Shown here piece after piece: positions 47,645 through 61,832 of a DNA stretch of 64,000 bases. The stretch comes from Mobula hypostoma (lineage: Eukaryota): assembly GCF_963921235.1 (NCBI RefSeq), contig NC_086097.1, positions 192,512,001 to 192,576,000 of the forward strand. The letters are read 5' to 3'. The translations under genes and the position numbers were made by a program. The notes below the pieces were generated by a model. That model saw only the letters and a list, made by a program, of their open reading frames with translations, did no database searches and had not been told where the DNA came from. How positions within the stretch are numbered: position 1 is the first letter of the stretch; every line of letters begins with the position of its first letter.

Positions 47645-50600
47645 ACTTTATTAGATACACCTGTACACTTGTTTGTTAATGCAAATATTTAATCAGCCAA
47701 TCATGTGGCAGCAACTCAATGCATAAAATCATGCAGACCTGGTCAAGAGGTTTAATTGTTATTCAGACCAAATATTAGAATGGGGGAAGAAATGTGGTCT
47801 AAGTGACTTGACTGTGAGATGATGGTGTTAGCTGGGGTGGTTTGATTATCTCGGAAACTGCTGATCTCCTCAGATATTCATGCACAACAGTCACGAGGGG
47901 TTACAGAGAATGGTGCAATAAACAAAAAAAAAGCAGTGTGCCGCAGTTCTGTGGACAAAAATGCCTTGTCAGTCAGAAAAGTCGGAGGAGAATGGCCAGA
48001 TTGGTTCAAGCTGACAGGAAGGCGACATTAGCCAGGAGGATGTGGATGTGGAATCGATATGGGTAGAGCTGCATAACACTAAGCGGCAGAAAACACTGGT
48101 GGGAGTTGTGTACAGGCCACCTAACAGTAGTAGTGAGGTTGGGGATGGTATTAAACAGGAAATTAGAAATGTGTGCAATAAAGGAACAGCAGTTATAATG
48201 GGTGACTTCAATCTACATATAGATTGTATGAACCAAATTGGTAAGGGTGCTGAGGAAGAGGATTTCTTGGAATGTATGCGGGATGGTTTTTTGAACCAAC
48301 ATGTTGAGGAACCAACCAGAGAGCAGGCTATTCTAGACTGGGTATTGAGCAATGAGGAAGGGTTAATTAGCAATCTTGTTGTGAGAGTCCCCTTGGGTAA
48401 GAGTGACCATAATATGGTGGAATTCTTCATTAAGATGGAGAGTGACATAGTTAATTCAGAAACAAAGTTTCTGAACTTAAAGAAGGGTAACTTTGAAGGT
48501 ATGAGACGTGAATTAGCTAAGATATACTGGCAAATGACACTTAAAGGGTTGACAGTGGATATGCAATGGCAAGCATTTAAAGATCGCATGGATGGACTAC
48601 AACAATTGTTCATCTCAGTTTGGTAAAAGAATAAATCAAGGAAGGTAGTGCACCCTTGGCTGACAAGGGAAATTAGGGATAGTATCAATTCCAAAGAAGA
48701 AGCACACAAATTAGCCAGAAAAAGTGGCTCACCTGAGGACTGGGAGAAGTTCAGAGTTCAGCAGAGGAGGACAAAGGGCTTAATTAGGAAGGGGAAAAAA
48801 GATTATGAGAGAAAACTGGCAGGGAACATAAAAACTGACTGTAAAAGCTTTTATAGATATGTGAAAAGAAAAAGATTAGTTAAGACAAATGTAGGTCCCC
48901 TACAGACAGAAACAGGTGAATTGATTATGGGGAGCAAGGACATGGCAGACCAATTGAATAATTACTTTGGTTCTGTCTTCACTAAGGAGGACATAAATAA
49001 TCTTCCGGAAATAGTAGGGGACAGAGGGTCCAGTGAGATGGAGGAACTGAGGGAAATATATGTTAGTAGGGAAGTGGTGTTAGGTAAATTGAAGGGATTA
49101 AAGGCAGATAAATCTGCAGGACCAGATGGTCTGCATCCCAGAGTGCTTAAGGAAGTAGCCCAAGAAATAGTGGATGCATTAGTGATAATTTTTCAAAACT
49201 CTTTAGATTCTGGACTAGTTCCTGAGGATTAGAGGGTGGCTAATGTGACCCCACTTTGGTAAAAAGGAGGGAGAAAGAAACTGGGGAATTATAGACCGGT
49301 TAGCCTAATTTCAGTGGTGGGTAAACTGCTAGAGTCAGTTATCAAAGATGTGATACAGCACATTTGGAAAGCAGTGAAATCATCGGACAAAGTCAGCATG
49401 GATTTGTGAAAGGAAAATCATGTCTGACGAATCTCATAGAATTTTTTGAGGATGTAACTAGTAGAGTGGATAGGGGAGAACCAGTGGATGTGGTACATTT
49501 GGATTTTCAAAAAGCTTTTGACAAGGTCCCACACAGGAAATTAGTGTGCAAACTTAAAGCACACGGTATTGGGAGTAAGGTATTGATGTGGATAGAGAAC
49601 TGGTTGGCAGACAGGAAGCAAAGAGTGGGAATAAACGGGACCTTTTCAGAATGGCAGGCAGTGACTAGTGGGGTACCGCAAGGCTCAGTGCTGGAACCCC
49701 AGTTGTTTACAATATATATTAATGACTTGGATGAGGGAATTAAATGCAGCATCTCCAAGTTTGCGGATGACACGAAGCTGGGCGGCAGTGTTAGCTGTGA
49801 GGAGGATGCTAAGAGGATGCAGGGTGACTTGGATAGGTTAGGTGAGTGGGCAAATTCATGGCAGATGCAATTTAATGTGGATAAATGTGAGGTTATCCAC
49901 TTTGGTGGCAAAAACAGATAAACAGATTATTATCTGAATGGTGGCCGATTAGGAAAAGGGGAGGTGCAAAGAGACCTGGGTGTCATTATACACCAGTCAT
50001 TGAACGTGGGCATGCAGGTACAGCAGGCGGTGAAAAAGACGAATGGTATGCTGGCATTTATAGCAAGAGGATTCGAGTACAGGAGCAGGGAGGTACTACT
50101 GCAGTTGTACAAGGCCTTGGTGAGACCACACCTGGAGTATTGTGTGCAGTTTTGGTCCCCTAATCTGAGGAAAGACATCCTTGCCATAGAGGGAGTACAA
50201 AGAAGGTTCACCAGATTGATTCCTGGGGTGGCAGGACTTTCATATGATGAAAGACTGGATGAACTAGGCTTATACTCATTGGAATTTAGAAGATTGAGGG
50301 GGGATCTTATTGAAACGTATAAAATCCTAAAGGGATTGGACAGGCTAGATGCAGGAAGATTGTTCCCAATGTTGGGGAAGTCCAGAACGAGGGGTCACAG
50401 TTTGAGGATAAAGGGGAAGCCTTTTAGGACTGAGATTAGGAAAAACTTCTTCACACAGAGAGTGGTGAATCTGTGGAATTCTCTGCCAGAGGAAACAGTT
50501 GAGGCCAGTTCATTGGCTATATTTAAGAGGGAGTTAGATGTGGCCCTTGTGGCTAAAGGGATCAGGGGGTATGGAGGGAAAGCTGGTACAGGGCTCTGAG

Positions 50601-50834
50601 TTGGATGATCAGCCATGATCATACTGAATGGTGGTGCAGGCTCGAAGGGCCGAATGGCCTACTCCTGCACCTATTTTCTATGTTTCTATGTAACTCAAAT
50701 AACCACACGATACAACAGTGGTGGGCAGAAGAACATCTCTGAATGCAGAATGTGTTGAACCTTGTAGTGGAAGTGTTACAGCAGTAGAAGAATATGAACA
50801 AGAAGAAGCTACCTAATAAAGTGCCCACTGAGTG
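47645..50834 (+). mobile_element. Tc1-like DNA transposon, non-autonomous, split by CR1
   Basis: TIR-like ctttattag.tac (left) and cctaataaagtgcccactgagtg|TA (right); transposase remnant MARLVQADRKAT|VTQITTRYNSGGQKNISE; second copy at 51827. Confidence 0.78.
48028..50689 (+). mobile_element. CR1 LINE (same young subfamily), 5'-truncated, few lesions
   Basis: ORFs 48042-48626 (VGVVYRPP, MGDFN, SDHN), 48648-49232, 49364-49921 (KFADD), 49964-50599; tttctatg tail. Confidence 0.95.
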
Positions 50835-51826
50835 TATATTTTTGTAATATGGTAGTGTCAATAATCAAGGAGGAAATAACTAATCATTTTGGGTAAGCTG
50901 AATGGAATCAAACCAGATCAATGTAGATTTATTGAAAGGTAAATTGTTTGATTAATTTACTAAAATTCTTTGGGGATGTGAAAGATGAGTTTTTACAGAG
51001 GAGATGTACTGTATTTAGATTTCCATATGATATTTGACAAGCTGCCACACCAGGGGCTGGTGCAATTAACAGAGAACACAAGATGTTGAAGGATGTGTAT
51101 TGATGAGGATTGATATATATATATATATATATTAATGGCCTGGAAGAGGAGCTTCCAAGTTTGCTATTGGTATGAAAATAGGTGGAAGGGTATGTTGTGA
51201 AGGGGATGTTGCATTTCTGCAATAAGTTATAGAATGATTAAGCGTCTGGGTGAAAATCTAACAAATTGAATTTAATCTGGGAAGTGTGAGATGTGGCATT
51301 TCACCAGATGGATCATGTCTAAATGGAGAGAGAATGCAAATGAGTGAGGTTTAGAGGGATCTGTAAGTATTCTAGTGCATTCTAGGTTATCAGGTAGGTC
51401 CAGCAATAGTTAAGAGGTCAATTGTCCAGTAGAGAATAGGAAGGTTCTTTTTAACCCAGTTGTACAGGGTATGATCAGGCCACACCTGGAATACTGTTCA
51501 CAGAGTTGGACCTCTTGCTTCAGAAAAGATAGAGTATAGTGGCATTGGAGATAGTCTAAAGGAGATTCACTAAGTTACTTCCGGCATGAGAGGGTAGACC
51601 TATCGAGAGAGGCTAGACAGTTTGCGTCTGTATAAATTGAGTTTAAAAATTGAATATTCAAACATACAGGATCCTGTGGGTGCTTCAGAATGGAAAGTCT
51701 CAGTGGGTGCAGCAGCATCTGTGGGGGAAAAGCAATTGTCAGCTGCATCAGGACAGAGAGTGTAATTGCAAGAAGGCCAGAGTGGTGAGTGAAGGGAGCT
51801 ACAGTAGAGATAGATCATTAGGTATA

Positions 51827-52255
51827 CACGCAGTGAGCACTTTATTAGGCACACCTGTTTGTTAATGCAAATATCCAGTCAGCTAATCATGTGGCAACAA
51901 CTCAATGCATAAAAACATGCAAATGTATTAAGAGGTTCAGTTTTTGTTCAGGCCAAACATCTGTTTGGAGAAGAAATGTGAACTAAGTGACTTTGGCTGT
52001 GGAAAATTTGTTGGTGCCATACGGGGTGGTTTGAGTATCTCAGAAACTGCTGGTCTTCTGTGATTTTCATACTCAACAATCTCAGTTTACATAATATGGT
52101 GCAAAAAACAAAAATAAACATCCAGTGAGCAGCAGTTCTGTGGGTGAAAATGCCTTGTTAATGAGAGAGGTCAGAGAGGAATGGGCAGATTGGTTCAAGC
52201 TGACAGGAAGGTGACAGTAACTCAAATAACAGTGGTGTGCAGAAGAGCATCTCTC
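51827..52255 (+). mobile_element. Tc1-like DNA transposon, partial second copy
   Basis: ta|cacgcagtgagcactttattagg left TIR; similar to 47645-48027 and contains the unsplit gacagtaactcaaataac. Confidence 0.75.
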
Positions 52256-52269
52256 AGGAACAAGATATA

Positions 52270-53130
52270 TACTGTAACAGTACATACACTTGGATAGACA
52301 GGGCCTGATTAGGAATAATCAACATGATAGTTCGTGTCCAACCAATTATAAAATATTTTGCAAGTATGTTACAGGAAAATTGATGAAGGCAAAGCAGTGG
52401 ATGGTGTCCAAAGGCAAGGCATTTAAACAAAGTCTCCTATGGGAGGCTGATCCAGAAGTTGCAGTTGCTTGGCATTCAGGATCAAGTAGTAAATTGGCAT
52501 AGGACAGGGGTTTCCAACCTGGGGTCCACAATCTCTCGGTTAATGGTAGGGTTGATGGCATAAAAAAAGTTGGGAATCACTGACTCAGAGGACGAAAGCA
52601 GAGAGTGGTACCAGTAGTTTGCAGCTCTGACTGATGTCCTTCAGTGATCGGAGTTGGGGTCTGCTGATGTTTGTTCTTGTATATCAATGATTCATGTGAT
52701 AATGTAGTAAACCGGATCAGCAAAATTGAGTTCACGATGGACAGTGAGGAAGGGTATCAAAAATTGAAATGGGATCTGGACAGGCTGTAAAAATAAACTG
52801 AAAAATGGCAGATAGAATTTAATACAGACAAGTGTGCAGCATTCCACTTTAAGAGGACAAACCAGCACAGGACTTACACAGTGAATGCTGGGGCACTGAG
52901 GAGCTAGGGAAAATAAAGGAATCTGGGAGTACAGATCCATAATTCCTCAAAAGTGGTGTCAAATGGATAGCATCATGCAGAGAGCTTTTAGCAGATTGAG
53001 CTTCATAAATCAAAGTTTTGAGTACAGGAGATGGAATGGATGTTATGATGAAGTTGTATAAGATGTTGTTGAGACTTAATTTGGAGCATTGTGTCTTTTT
53101 TTCATCAACTACCTACAGGAATGATATCAA
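52270..53130 (+). mobile_element. old CR1 fragment
   Basis: LDRQGLIRNNQH followed by decayed RT similar to 7101-8488. Confidence 0.65.
52505..52582. mobile_element. tiny hAT-like MITE (78 bp)
   Basis: caggggtttccaac...gttgggaatcactg inverted termini; a similar single end is at 13169-13195. Confidence 0.55.
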
Positions 53131-55293
53131 GGAGTTTATTAGGTGTTTTTAGGAAGGTTTCCTGATACAGTATATAGATAAGCCAACTAGACAAGAGGCT
53201 GTACTTGATCTACTATTGAGAAATGAACCTGGTCAGGTGTCAGACCTCTCAATGGGAGAGCACTTTGGAGGTAGTGAAAGCTACTCTATCTCCTTTACCA
53301 TAGCGCTGGAAAGGGATAGGAGCAGGCAATTTGGGAAAACATTTAATTGAGGTAGGGGAAATATGATGCTATTAGGCAAGAACTTGGAGACCTAAATTGG
53401 GAGCAGATGTTCTCAGGGAAATGCATGGCAGAAATGTGGCAAATGTTCAGGGAACATTTGCATGGCATTCTGCATAGGTATGTTCCATTGAGACAGGGAA
53501 AGGAAGGTAAGATAAAAGAACCTTGGTGTACAAAGGATGTAGAAAATTTAGTTAAGAAGAAAATAAAAGCTTATGAAAGGCTCAAGAAACTAAGTACTGT
53601 TAGAGCTCTAGAAAATTAGAAGGGTGGCAGGAAGGAGCTCAAGAATGAAATTAGGAGAGCTAGAAGGGGCCATGAGAAGGCCTTGGCAATCAGGATTAAG
53701 GAAAACCCCAAGGCATTTTACAAGTATGTGAAGAGCAAGAGGATAAGCAGTGTGAGAATAGAACCAATCAAGAGCAAGACTGGAAACATGTGCATGGAGT
53801 CGGAGGAGGTAGTGGAGTGGACAGAAATGCTTGAGCATATAGACATTAAGAAAAAGGATGTGCTGGAGCTGTTGAAAGGTATTAAGTTAGTTAAGTCACT
53901 GGGGTTGGATAACATATACCCCAGGCTACTGTGAGAAGCGAGGAAGGAGATTGCTGAGCCTCATGTGATGATCTTTGCATCATCAATAGGGACAGGAGAA
54001 ATACCAAAGCATTGGAAGATTGCAAAGTATTGTTCTCTTGTTCAAGAAAAGGAATAGGGATAACCAAGACTGGTGAGTCTTACTTCAGTGGAGGATAAGT
54101 TGTTGGAGAAGATCCTGAGAGGCAGGATTTATGAGCTTTTGGAGAGACGTAATCTGGTTAGGGGTAGTCAGTATGGCTTGTCAAGTGCAGATCATCCCTT
54201 ACGAGCCTGATTGAATTCTTTGAGGATGTAACAAAAAACGTTAATGAAGGTAGATCACTGGACGTAGTGGATACGGATTTCAATAAGGCATTTGATAAGG
54301 TTCCCCATGAAAGGCTCATTCAAACAGTAAGGAGGTATGGGATCCAAGCAGACCAAGGAACCAGAATCGCTTTGCCCACAGAAGGCAAAGGGTGGTTATA
54401 GATGGTACGTATTCTGCATGGAGGTCGGTGACCAGTGGTGTTCCACAGGAATCTGTTCTGGGCCCCTTCTCTTTGTGATTTTTGTAAATGCCTGGATGAG
54501 GAAGTAGAAGGGTGGGTAAGCAACTTTACTGATGACACAAAGGTTGGGGGTTTTGTGGATAGTCTGGAGGGTTGTCAAAGTTTATACCGAGATATTGATA
54601 GCATGCATGCAGAACTGGTCTGATAAACAGCAGATGGAGTTCAACCCAGATAAGTGTGAAGTGGTTCATTTTGAAAGGTCAAATTTGAAGGCAGAATATA
54701 ATATTAATTGTAAGACTCTTAGCAGTGTGGATGATCAGTGAGATCTTGGAGTCCGTGTCCATAGGACATTCAAAGCTACTTCCAGGTTGACAACGTTGTT
54801 AAGAAGACATATAGTGTGTTGGCCTTCATCAACTGTGGGATTGAGTTCAAGAACCATGAGGTATTGTTACAGCATATAAGACCTTGGTTAGACCCTACTT
54901 GGAGTACTGTGTTCAGTTCTAATCACCTCACCACAGGAAAGATGTGGATACTATAGAGATAGTGTAGAGGAGATTTACAAGGATGTTGCATGGATTGGAC
55001 AGTGTGCCTTATGAGAGTAGGTTGAGTGAACTTGGCTTGCAAGTAGGTACAAGGGGTATGTCAGAGGTAAGTTTATCATAGAGAGTGATGGGTGTGTGGA
55101 ATACACTGCCAGCAACAGTGGTAGAGGTGGACACAATAGGGTCTTTTAAGAGACTCTTAGGTACATGGAGCTTAGAAAAATAGAGGGCTAAGCAGTAAGG
55201 AAATTCTAGGCAGTTTCTCGAGTAGATTACATGGTTGGCACAACATTGCAGGCCGAAGGGCCTGTAATGTGCTGTTGATTTCTATGTTCTATG
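53130..55293 (+). mobile_element. CR1 LINE, decayed, EN-linker to 3' tail
   Basis: PWCTKDVE, IKENPKAFYKYVKSKR, NFTDDTKVGG, QMEFNPDKC; (ttctatg)n tail. Further old CR1 scraps follow to ~55735. Confidence 0.85.
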
Positions 55294-55840
55294 TAATATA
55301 ATTGAATGAGTGTAGAGAAAAGTTACGAGGATGTTACCTCAGTTATAAGGAAAAGTTGAACAGATTAGGACTTTATTTCATAGAGCATAGGGAATTGAGG
55401 AGAGATTTGATAAAATTATTAGGGGCAGTGATGGATAAATGTAAGCAGGGGTTTTTAACTGAGGCTGGGTGAGACTCGAACAGGAGCTTGCCTTATAATA
55501 GGAAGAATGTTGAGGCTTTGAAGAGTGTGTGGAAGAGGTTTACCAGAATGCTGTCCAGATTAAAGAAGTTAGACAATGAGAGGCTGGACAAACTTAGGCT
55601 ATTTTCTCTGGAGCAGCAGAGTCTGAGGGAAGATCTGATAGAAGTGTAAAAGATTATGGGAGGCATAGGTAGAATAGACAGGAGTATCTTTTCCCAGGGT
55701 TGAAATGTCTAATACCAGAAGGCATGAATTTAAGTCATAAATAGTATATGTATTTTTCACAGACTCTGTTTGACCCACTGATTTTCATATCTACATAGGT
55801 GTTCCTAGATAAACCTCCATTAAAAATCATTTTTAATTTC

Positions 55841-56628
55841 AAACAAGAAAAAGTTGCAAGTGTTGGGAATCCAAGAAACATACAGAAAATGCTGGAGGAA
55901 CACAGCAGCCAGGCAGCATCAATGGGAAAGAGTATAGTCAACATTGTTTGGGCAGAGACCCTTCAGAAGGACTGGGAAAAAAAAGTCCGAGTAAGAAGGT
56001 GGGGGGAGGGGAGGAAGAAACACAAGATGATAGGTGAAACTGGGGGGGAGGGGCGGGGTGATGGTGAGGTGTGAAGTAAAGAGCTGGGAAGTTGATTGGT
56101 GAAAGAGATACAGGGATGGAGAAGGGGGAATCTGATAGGAGAGGACAGAAGGCCGTGGAACAAAGAAAAGGGGAGGAGCACCAGAAGGAGGTGATAGGCA
56201 GGTAAGGAGATAAGATGAGAGAGGGAAATGGGAATGGGGAATGGTGAAGGGAGGCTGGGGGAACATTACCTGAAGATTGAGAAATTGATGTTAATGCCAC
56301 CTGGTTGGAGGCTACCTGGACGGAACATAAGGCGCTGCTCCTCTAACCTGCCTGTGGCCTTGTCACAACAGTGAAGGATGCCATGGACTGACATATTGGA
56401 ATGGAAATGGGAAGTGAAATTAAAATGGGTGACCACTGGGAGATCCCGTTTTTTGTGGTAGATGGAGCATAGATGCTTGTTGAAGCAGTCTCCCAATTTA
56501 TTTTGGGCCACACCCGGAGTTATGAATACACTCAGAGGTGAACTGTTGCCTCATCTAGAAGGACTGTTTGGGGCCCTGAATGGTAGCGAGGGAGTGTAGG
56601 GGTAGGTGTAATACATGTTCAACTTGCA
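55841..56628 (-). mobile_element. Penelope-like element 3' fragment, older
   Basis: KLGDCFNKHL...DLPVVTHFN...RLEEQRLMFRPGSLQP (GIY-YIG C-terminus), pyrimidine-rich spacer and pLTR with a decayed hammerhead at 55936-55973. Confidence 0.85.
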
Positions 56629-56844
56629 AGTTTAAGGACCAGGAGGGAGATCATCCTACTTTCATTGACAATATTAAATGCAAATCTGATAATAAATCAC
56701 AATTTTCAGAAGTCAACAAATTTTCAGTATGTCATTTGAATCACATAATAATGTGTATGAGCTCTTATTAACAGAATGTGTATGTATTGTATTTTTAAGG
56801 TAATGTGTAAGAGATTTAGAGGGGATCAGAGAGGAAAATGTTCC

Positions 56845-58056
56845 ATAAAAACATAAAAACAAAATAAATAGGAGCAAGCTCCACCATTCAATAAGGTCAT
56901 GGCTGATCTGACCATGGGCTCATCTCCACTTACCTGCCTTTTCCCCTACTATGCAAAAATCTATCCAATCTTGTCTTAAATATATTTACTGAAGTAGGCC
57001 TCCACTGCTTCACTGGGCAGAGAATTCCACAGATTTGCCACTCACTGGGAAAAGCAGTTCCTCCTCTTCTCTGTCCTAAATCTGCTTCCCTGAATCTTGA
57101 GGCTTTGTCCCTTAGTTCTAGTCTCACCTAGCCCTGAAAACAACTTTGCTGACTCTATCTTATCTATCCCTTTCACAATTTTATTTGTTTCTATAAGATC
57201 TCCTTTCATTCCTCTGAATTCCAGCAAGTACATTCCCAGGCGACTCAATCTCTCCTCATAGTCTAACCCCCTCATCTATGGAATCAACCTGGTGAACATC
57301 CTCAGCAGCTTCCCCAATACCCTATACAGCTGCAACATAACCTCTCTGCTCTCAAATTCAATTCCTCTAGCAATGACAGCCAACATTTCATTTTCCTTCC
57401 TGATAGCCTGCTGCATTGCGAGCAAACCTTTTGTGATTCATACACAAGCACTCACAGGTCGCTATACAGAGCAGCATGCTTCAATTTTTCACCATTTAAA
57501 TAATAATCTGATCTTCCATTTTTCCTTTCAAAACTGGTGATCTCGCATTTATCAACATTGTACTCCATCTGCCAGACCTTTGCCCACTCACTTAACCTAT
57601 CTATATCTCTCTGCAGACCCTCCATATCTTCTGCATAATTTGCTTTTCCACTTAGTTTAGTGTCATCAGCAAACTTAGATACACTACACTTGGTCATCTC
57701 TTCCAGAACAGTGAAAGTCTTCCACTGTTCCTCAAGTGTCGCTATACAGAGCCGCTGTTCCCAGTCTACACTAGCCAAATCCTCCTTCATTCCATTGTAG
57801 TCTCCATTGGTTAGGCATAATACACTGGTTTTAGATTGAACTATTGCACCCTCCATTTGTACCGTGATCGCTCTTCCAAGAGGATCCCTAACTACAAGAT
57901 CACAAATTTTACCTGTCTCATTACACAGGACCAGATCTAAGATAGCACTTTCTCTTGTAGGTTCAGTAACATGCTGTTCAAGAAAGCTATCATGGATGCA
58001 TTCTATGAAGTCTTCCTCAAGACTGCCCTTGACCAACGTGATTCACCTAATCTATG
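56845..58056 (-). mobile_element. CR1 LINE with large internal deletions
   Basis: EN-linker (EPTRESAILDLVL...EEQWKTF) fused directly to KCSVSKFADDTKL; C-terminal GMYLLEFR and 3'UTR. Confidence 0.82.
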
Positions 58057-59479
58057 TCAGAGATCAGTGAGTACCTGGAATACACTTCCAGAGAGATACT
58101 GAAAGTGGATTCAGTGTTGCTCCCACAGTCCTATGAAAGGAAGATTTATGATTTTTATTCAACCACAATGAAAGAATAGAAGTTCGTGTCCAAGACTCAA
58201 TACTATTCACCATGGAAAGAAACTTAAAATTACTGGTGTTTATTAGGGCTCTTGCAGCCATCACAAAATCCAGCCGTGCAGAATGAAAGGACAAAATGTT
58301 GGTCAAAATGTTGCCAAACAAGTGGACTACATTGTCCAGTTTGTGAGCCAGTACTGTGAATTTGAGACAATTTTCCCCTTTTATGAAATAAAAGTCCAGT
58401 CTAGTGATGCATCTTGATCCATCCACACAGGTGAATTGAACCAATGTCAGGGATATGAAGCACAATCATGTACTTAGTATCTGATTTACATCGAAAAATA
58501 AGGGCAGGAATTTTTATTTTGAATTTTCCCCTCTCAATTCCTGATCATCCTTCATTACAGCTTCGGGGACTTGAGTATTATAAATTGCAGATATAATTTT
58601 CCCGGTTTACCTGTTGATGTATTTACACAGTTACACTGCTGATATTCTGAAGGCGAAGGACAATAACTAAAGTTACCTACAAGAAACTGAATATGAGGGA
58701 AAGAGATATTTTAATGAAAGTAACTGATCCCCTCTTCTTCAGGTCGAATCGTTTTGATATCAGTCTATAAGGCTATAAGGCAGAGAAATAGTTACAATCA
58801 CAAGGGAATAACTTACGATGAAATAAAATGATAATTTGAAACTATATTTAAAACAGAAAATGAATCTGTTATCATGAAATTGTGAAGAGGCTGAGGTAAT
58901 TGTTCAAGATTTACAAATAGTTCCATCAGATGAGAGGATATTAATATTAATATATAATTGTATAGGTCTTGGCTTGAATGTGTACTAACCTGAATATCTT
59001 ACCTGAATGAATTATCATATTTCACTAATTAATTATGCATCTTCATTGCTGTTAGTTGAATAGATATTTTGATAAACAATTCAAATGATACCCTTAAGTA
59101 TCGGTTTCGTCCTTGAGGCAAACTAACATGGTATAAATATATACCATTAATTATAGGTTTAATGATGGGAGGATTTTTCCTCTCTGTCAACTGTATCAAT
59201 GCAGCATGGTGCAAAGAAATAAACTGAACCTATAATTATTAACCACCATTAACCTTATACATAAAGTTCTTGCTAAACACTATGTTCTATGTGACAAAAG
59301 AGCTGCACATTTGTTGACGATCAAGTATAAACTAACTTCAGAAATAGTTACCAAATTACTTGTGACTTATAATGTTCCAGTGTTTTAGGTGCAGCAAGAT
59401 TCCAATATAGAAATAAAATGACCACTGAATTGCTAAGATGGTATATAATTGTCACATATACTGAACTTCGTTTTGCCTG

Positions 59480-60366
59480 CCATCAGCGCAGATGCTCCAC
59501 AAGGCTGTGTGCTTACTTCCCTGCTCTACTCACTTTGTACTTAAGACTGGGAGGCTAAGCTTAGCTCCAAATGGCATATTTAAGTTTGCAGATGACACCA
59601 TTGTTGTTGGCCAAATCAACTGTGGTGATGAATCAGCATTTGGGCTGGAGACTCTCATTGCAGAGGAACTGTGCTGGATCCAGCATATAAGTGCTATGAC
59701 AAAGATAGCACGGCATCACCTTTGTTTTCTTAGAAGTTTGCAAAGATCAGCATGTCATCTAAGAATTTGACAAAATGTGCAGTGGAGAGTATACAAATTG
59801 GTTGCATCACGGCCTGGTATGGAAACACCAATGTGCTTGAATGGAAAAGCCTACAAAAAGTAGTGGACACAGCCAAGATCAGCATAGGTCAAGCCCTCCC
59901 CACCAATGAGCAGTGAATAAAGAGTGATGTTGCAGAAAAGCAGCATCCATCATCAAGGACCCCCACCACCCAGGCCATGCTGTCTTCTTGTTGCTGCCTT
60001 CAGGAAGGAGGTGCAGGAGCCTCAGGACCCATATCACCAGGTTCAGGAACAGCTGTTACTCTTCAACCATCAGGCACTTGAAGAAAAGGGGCAACTTCAT
60101 TCACCTCAACACTGAACTGTTCCCACAGCCTATGGACTCACTTTCAAGAACTCTTCATCTCATGTTCTCAATATATTTTGCTTATTTAAATATTATTATT
60201 ATTATTTATTTTGTGTTTGTACAGCTTGGTGTCTTTTACACATTAGTTGTTTGTACTTGTGTACAGTTGTTCATTGATGTTTCTTGGAATGCCCACAAGA
60301 AAATAAATCTCAGTGTTGTATATGGTGACATGTATGTATACTGATAATAAATTTACTTTGAACTTT
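59480..60366 (+). mobile_element. Rex1/Babar-like LINE fragment
   Basis: IFKFADDTIVVG; LLPSGRRCRSLRTHITRFRNSCY; aataaatttactttgaac tail. Confidence 0.82.
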
Positions 60367-60389
60367 TAATCCAGACAGATCACTTAATT

Positions 60390-60800
60390 ACAACAGTGCA
60401 TTGAGGATGTACAAGCAAGATCAATAACAGAATGCAAAATAAAGCTTTGCTGATGAAGAAAAAGTGCAGTGCAGTCAACAATAAGGTGCAAGGCCACAAT
60501 AATATAGATTGTGTGTTCAAAAATCCATCTTCTTGTACGAGTGGACCATTCATTAGTCTTATAATAGCGTGATAGAAGCTCTCCCTGAGTCTGGTAGTAT
60601 GTATACCTTCTGCCTTATAAGAGAGAGAAGAAAGAATCACTGGGGTGAGTGGAGACTTTGGTTAGGTTAGCTGCTTTTCTAAGGCATGTAAGTGTGTACA
60701 GAGTCTGTGGTAAATAGACTCAGCTTTTTCTATAATGCTTTGCAATTTCTTGTGTTCTTAGATAGAGCTGCTGCCTTGGCAAGCTGTGAAACATCAGGAT
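60390..60800 (-). mobile_element. old Rex1-like 3' fragment
   Basis: HTTRLRESFYHAIIRLMNG on the minus strand. Confidence 0.55.
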
Positions 60801-61832
60801 AAGTGAAAAGCCAGGGAGTATGAAAACACATGGCTGACCTGTTCAGTTATTTGTGCTGTTGGAGGACATGACACTGTCATTTCTGTTAGTAACTGTGTTT
60901 GTATTGTTAAAAAAAAGGAAGATACATATATATTGCCTGTGGAGATGACTATGACCCTGGAGGTGTCCTGAAGTAATTGGGTCTTGGATCTTAAGGCAGC
61001 AGTCCATCACTTTATCCTTATTGTATAATTGCAGACAGTCATCAGTGAAAAAAAAAGGACTCATTTGATACGCTAAAAAACAGAAATTGTTAAATTTATA
61101 TAATTTCTTTAAATTACTTTCAGAACGTCCAAAAACGACTTTAACAGAGAAGTACATTTTGAAGTTAATCACTGTTCTAAACATTTGTATAGCAAGGGTA
61201 ATCCAGTAAGGAACAAAATATGAATTTTAGTTGAGTTGAGAAAAGGATAAATATTGGTCAGGCCACCAAGGATAACTCCATTGTTATTCCTTCAAATAAT
61301 GGGATCCAGAATGTTGAGACGAGATGGCAGATAAGATCTTGTTTTAAGTTACAAGACCTAACCTTAGGGAATGTAGTCTGCCAGGTGGTTGGAGTGTCAG
61401 TGAGGAAGCTGTTTTGGAGCTAGTGTCTATGGTTTTGTAAGTATGGGTACGGATAAAGGATGGTCCAGAAATTAAGATACTAGACTGAAGGAAAGTTGAT
61501 TTCATTATTATAAGCAAGACCCAACAAAAACAAACTAGAAGCAGCCACTTGTATTTAGGTCTACAAGTGACAATTGAAAGCACAGTAGATTCCAGTTAAT
61601 TAAGACACAGCAGAACCGGTATGATTTGGCACAATTAAGCGCCTGCCCAAATTAGCCAAAGTTTCATAGAAGCAGATAAAAAGGATAAGAAAGACAATTT
61701 ACTGTTTAACTGAGTAACAAATTATATATTTAAATGAAATGCAGAACAAATTAGAACCATACCAATGTTACTACAGTACTTATAAACTGTGTACTAGCTC
61801 CTCACAGTTATTGATGAAGGAATTCATCCCAT

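Noticed and set aside
58064..58465. 133-aa minus-strand ORF
   Set aside because: Non-ATG start immediately after a stop, no clear acceptor, no recognisable homology; a tBLASTn would settle it.
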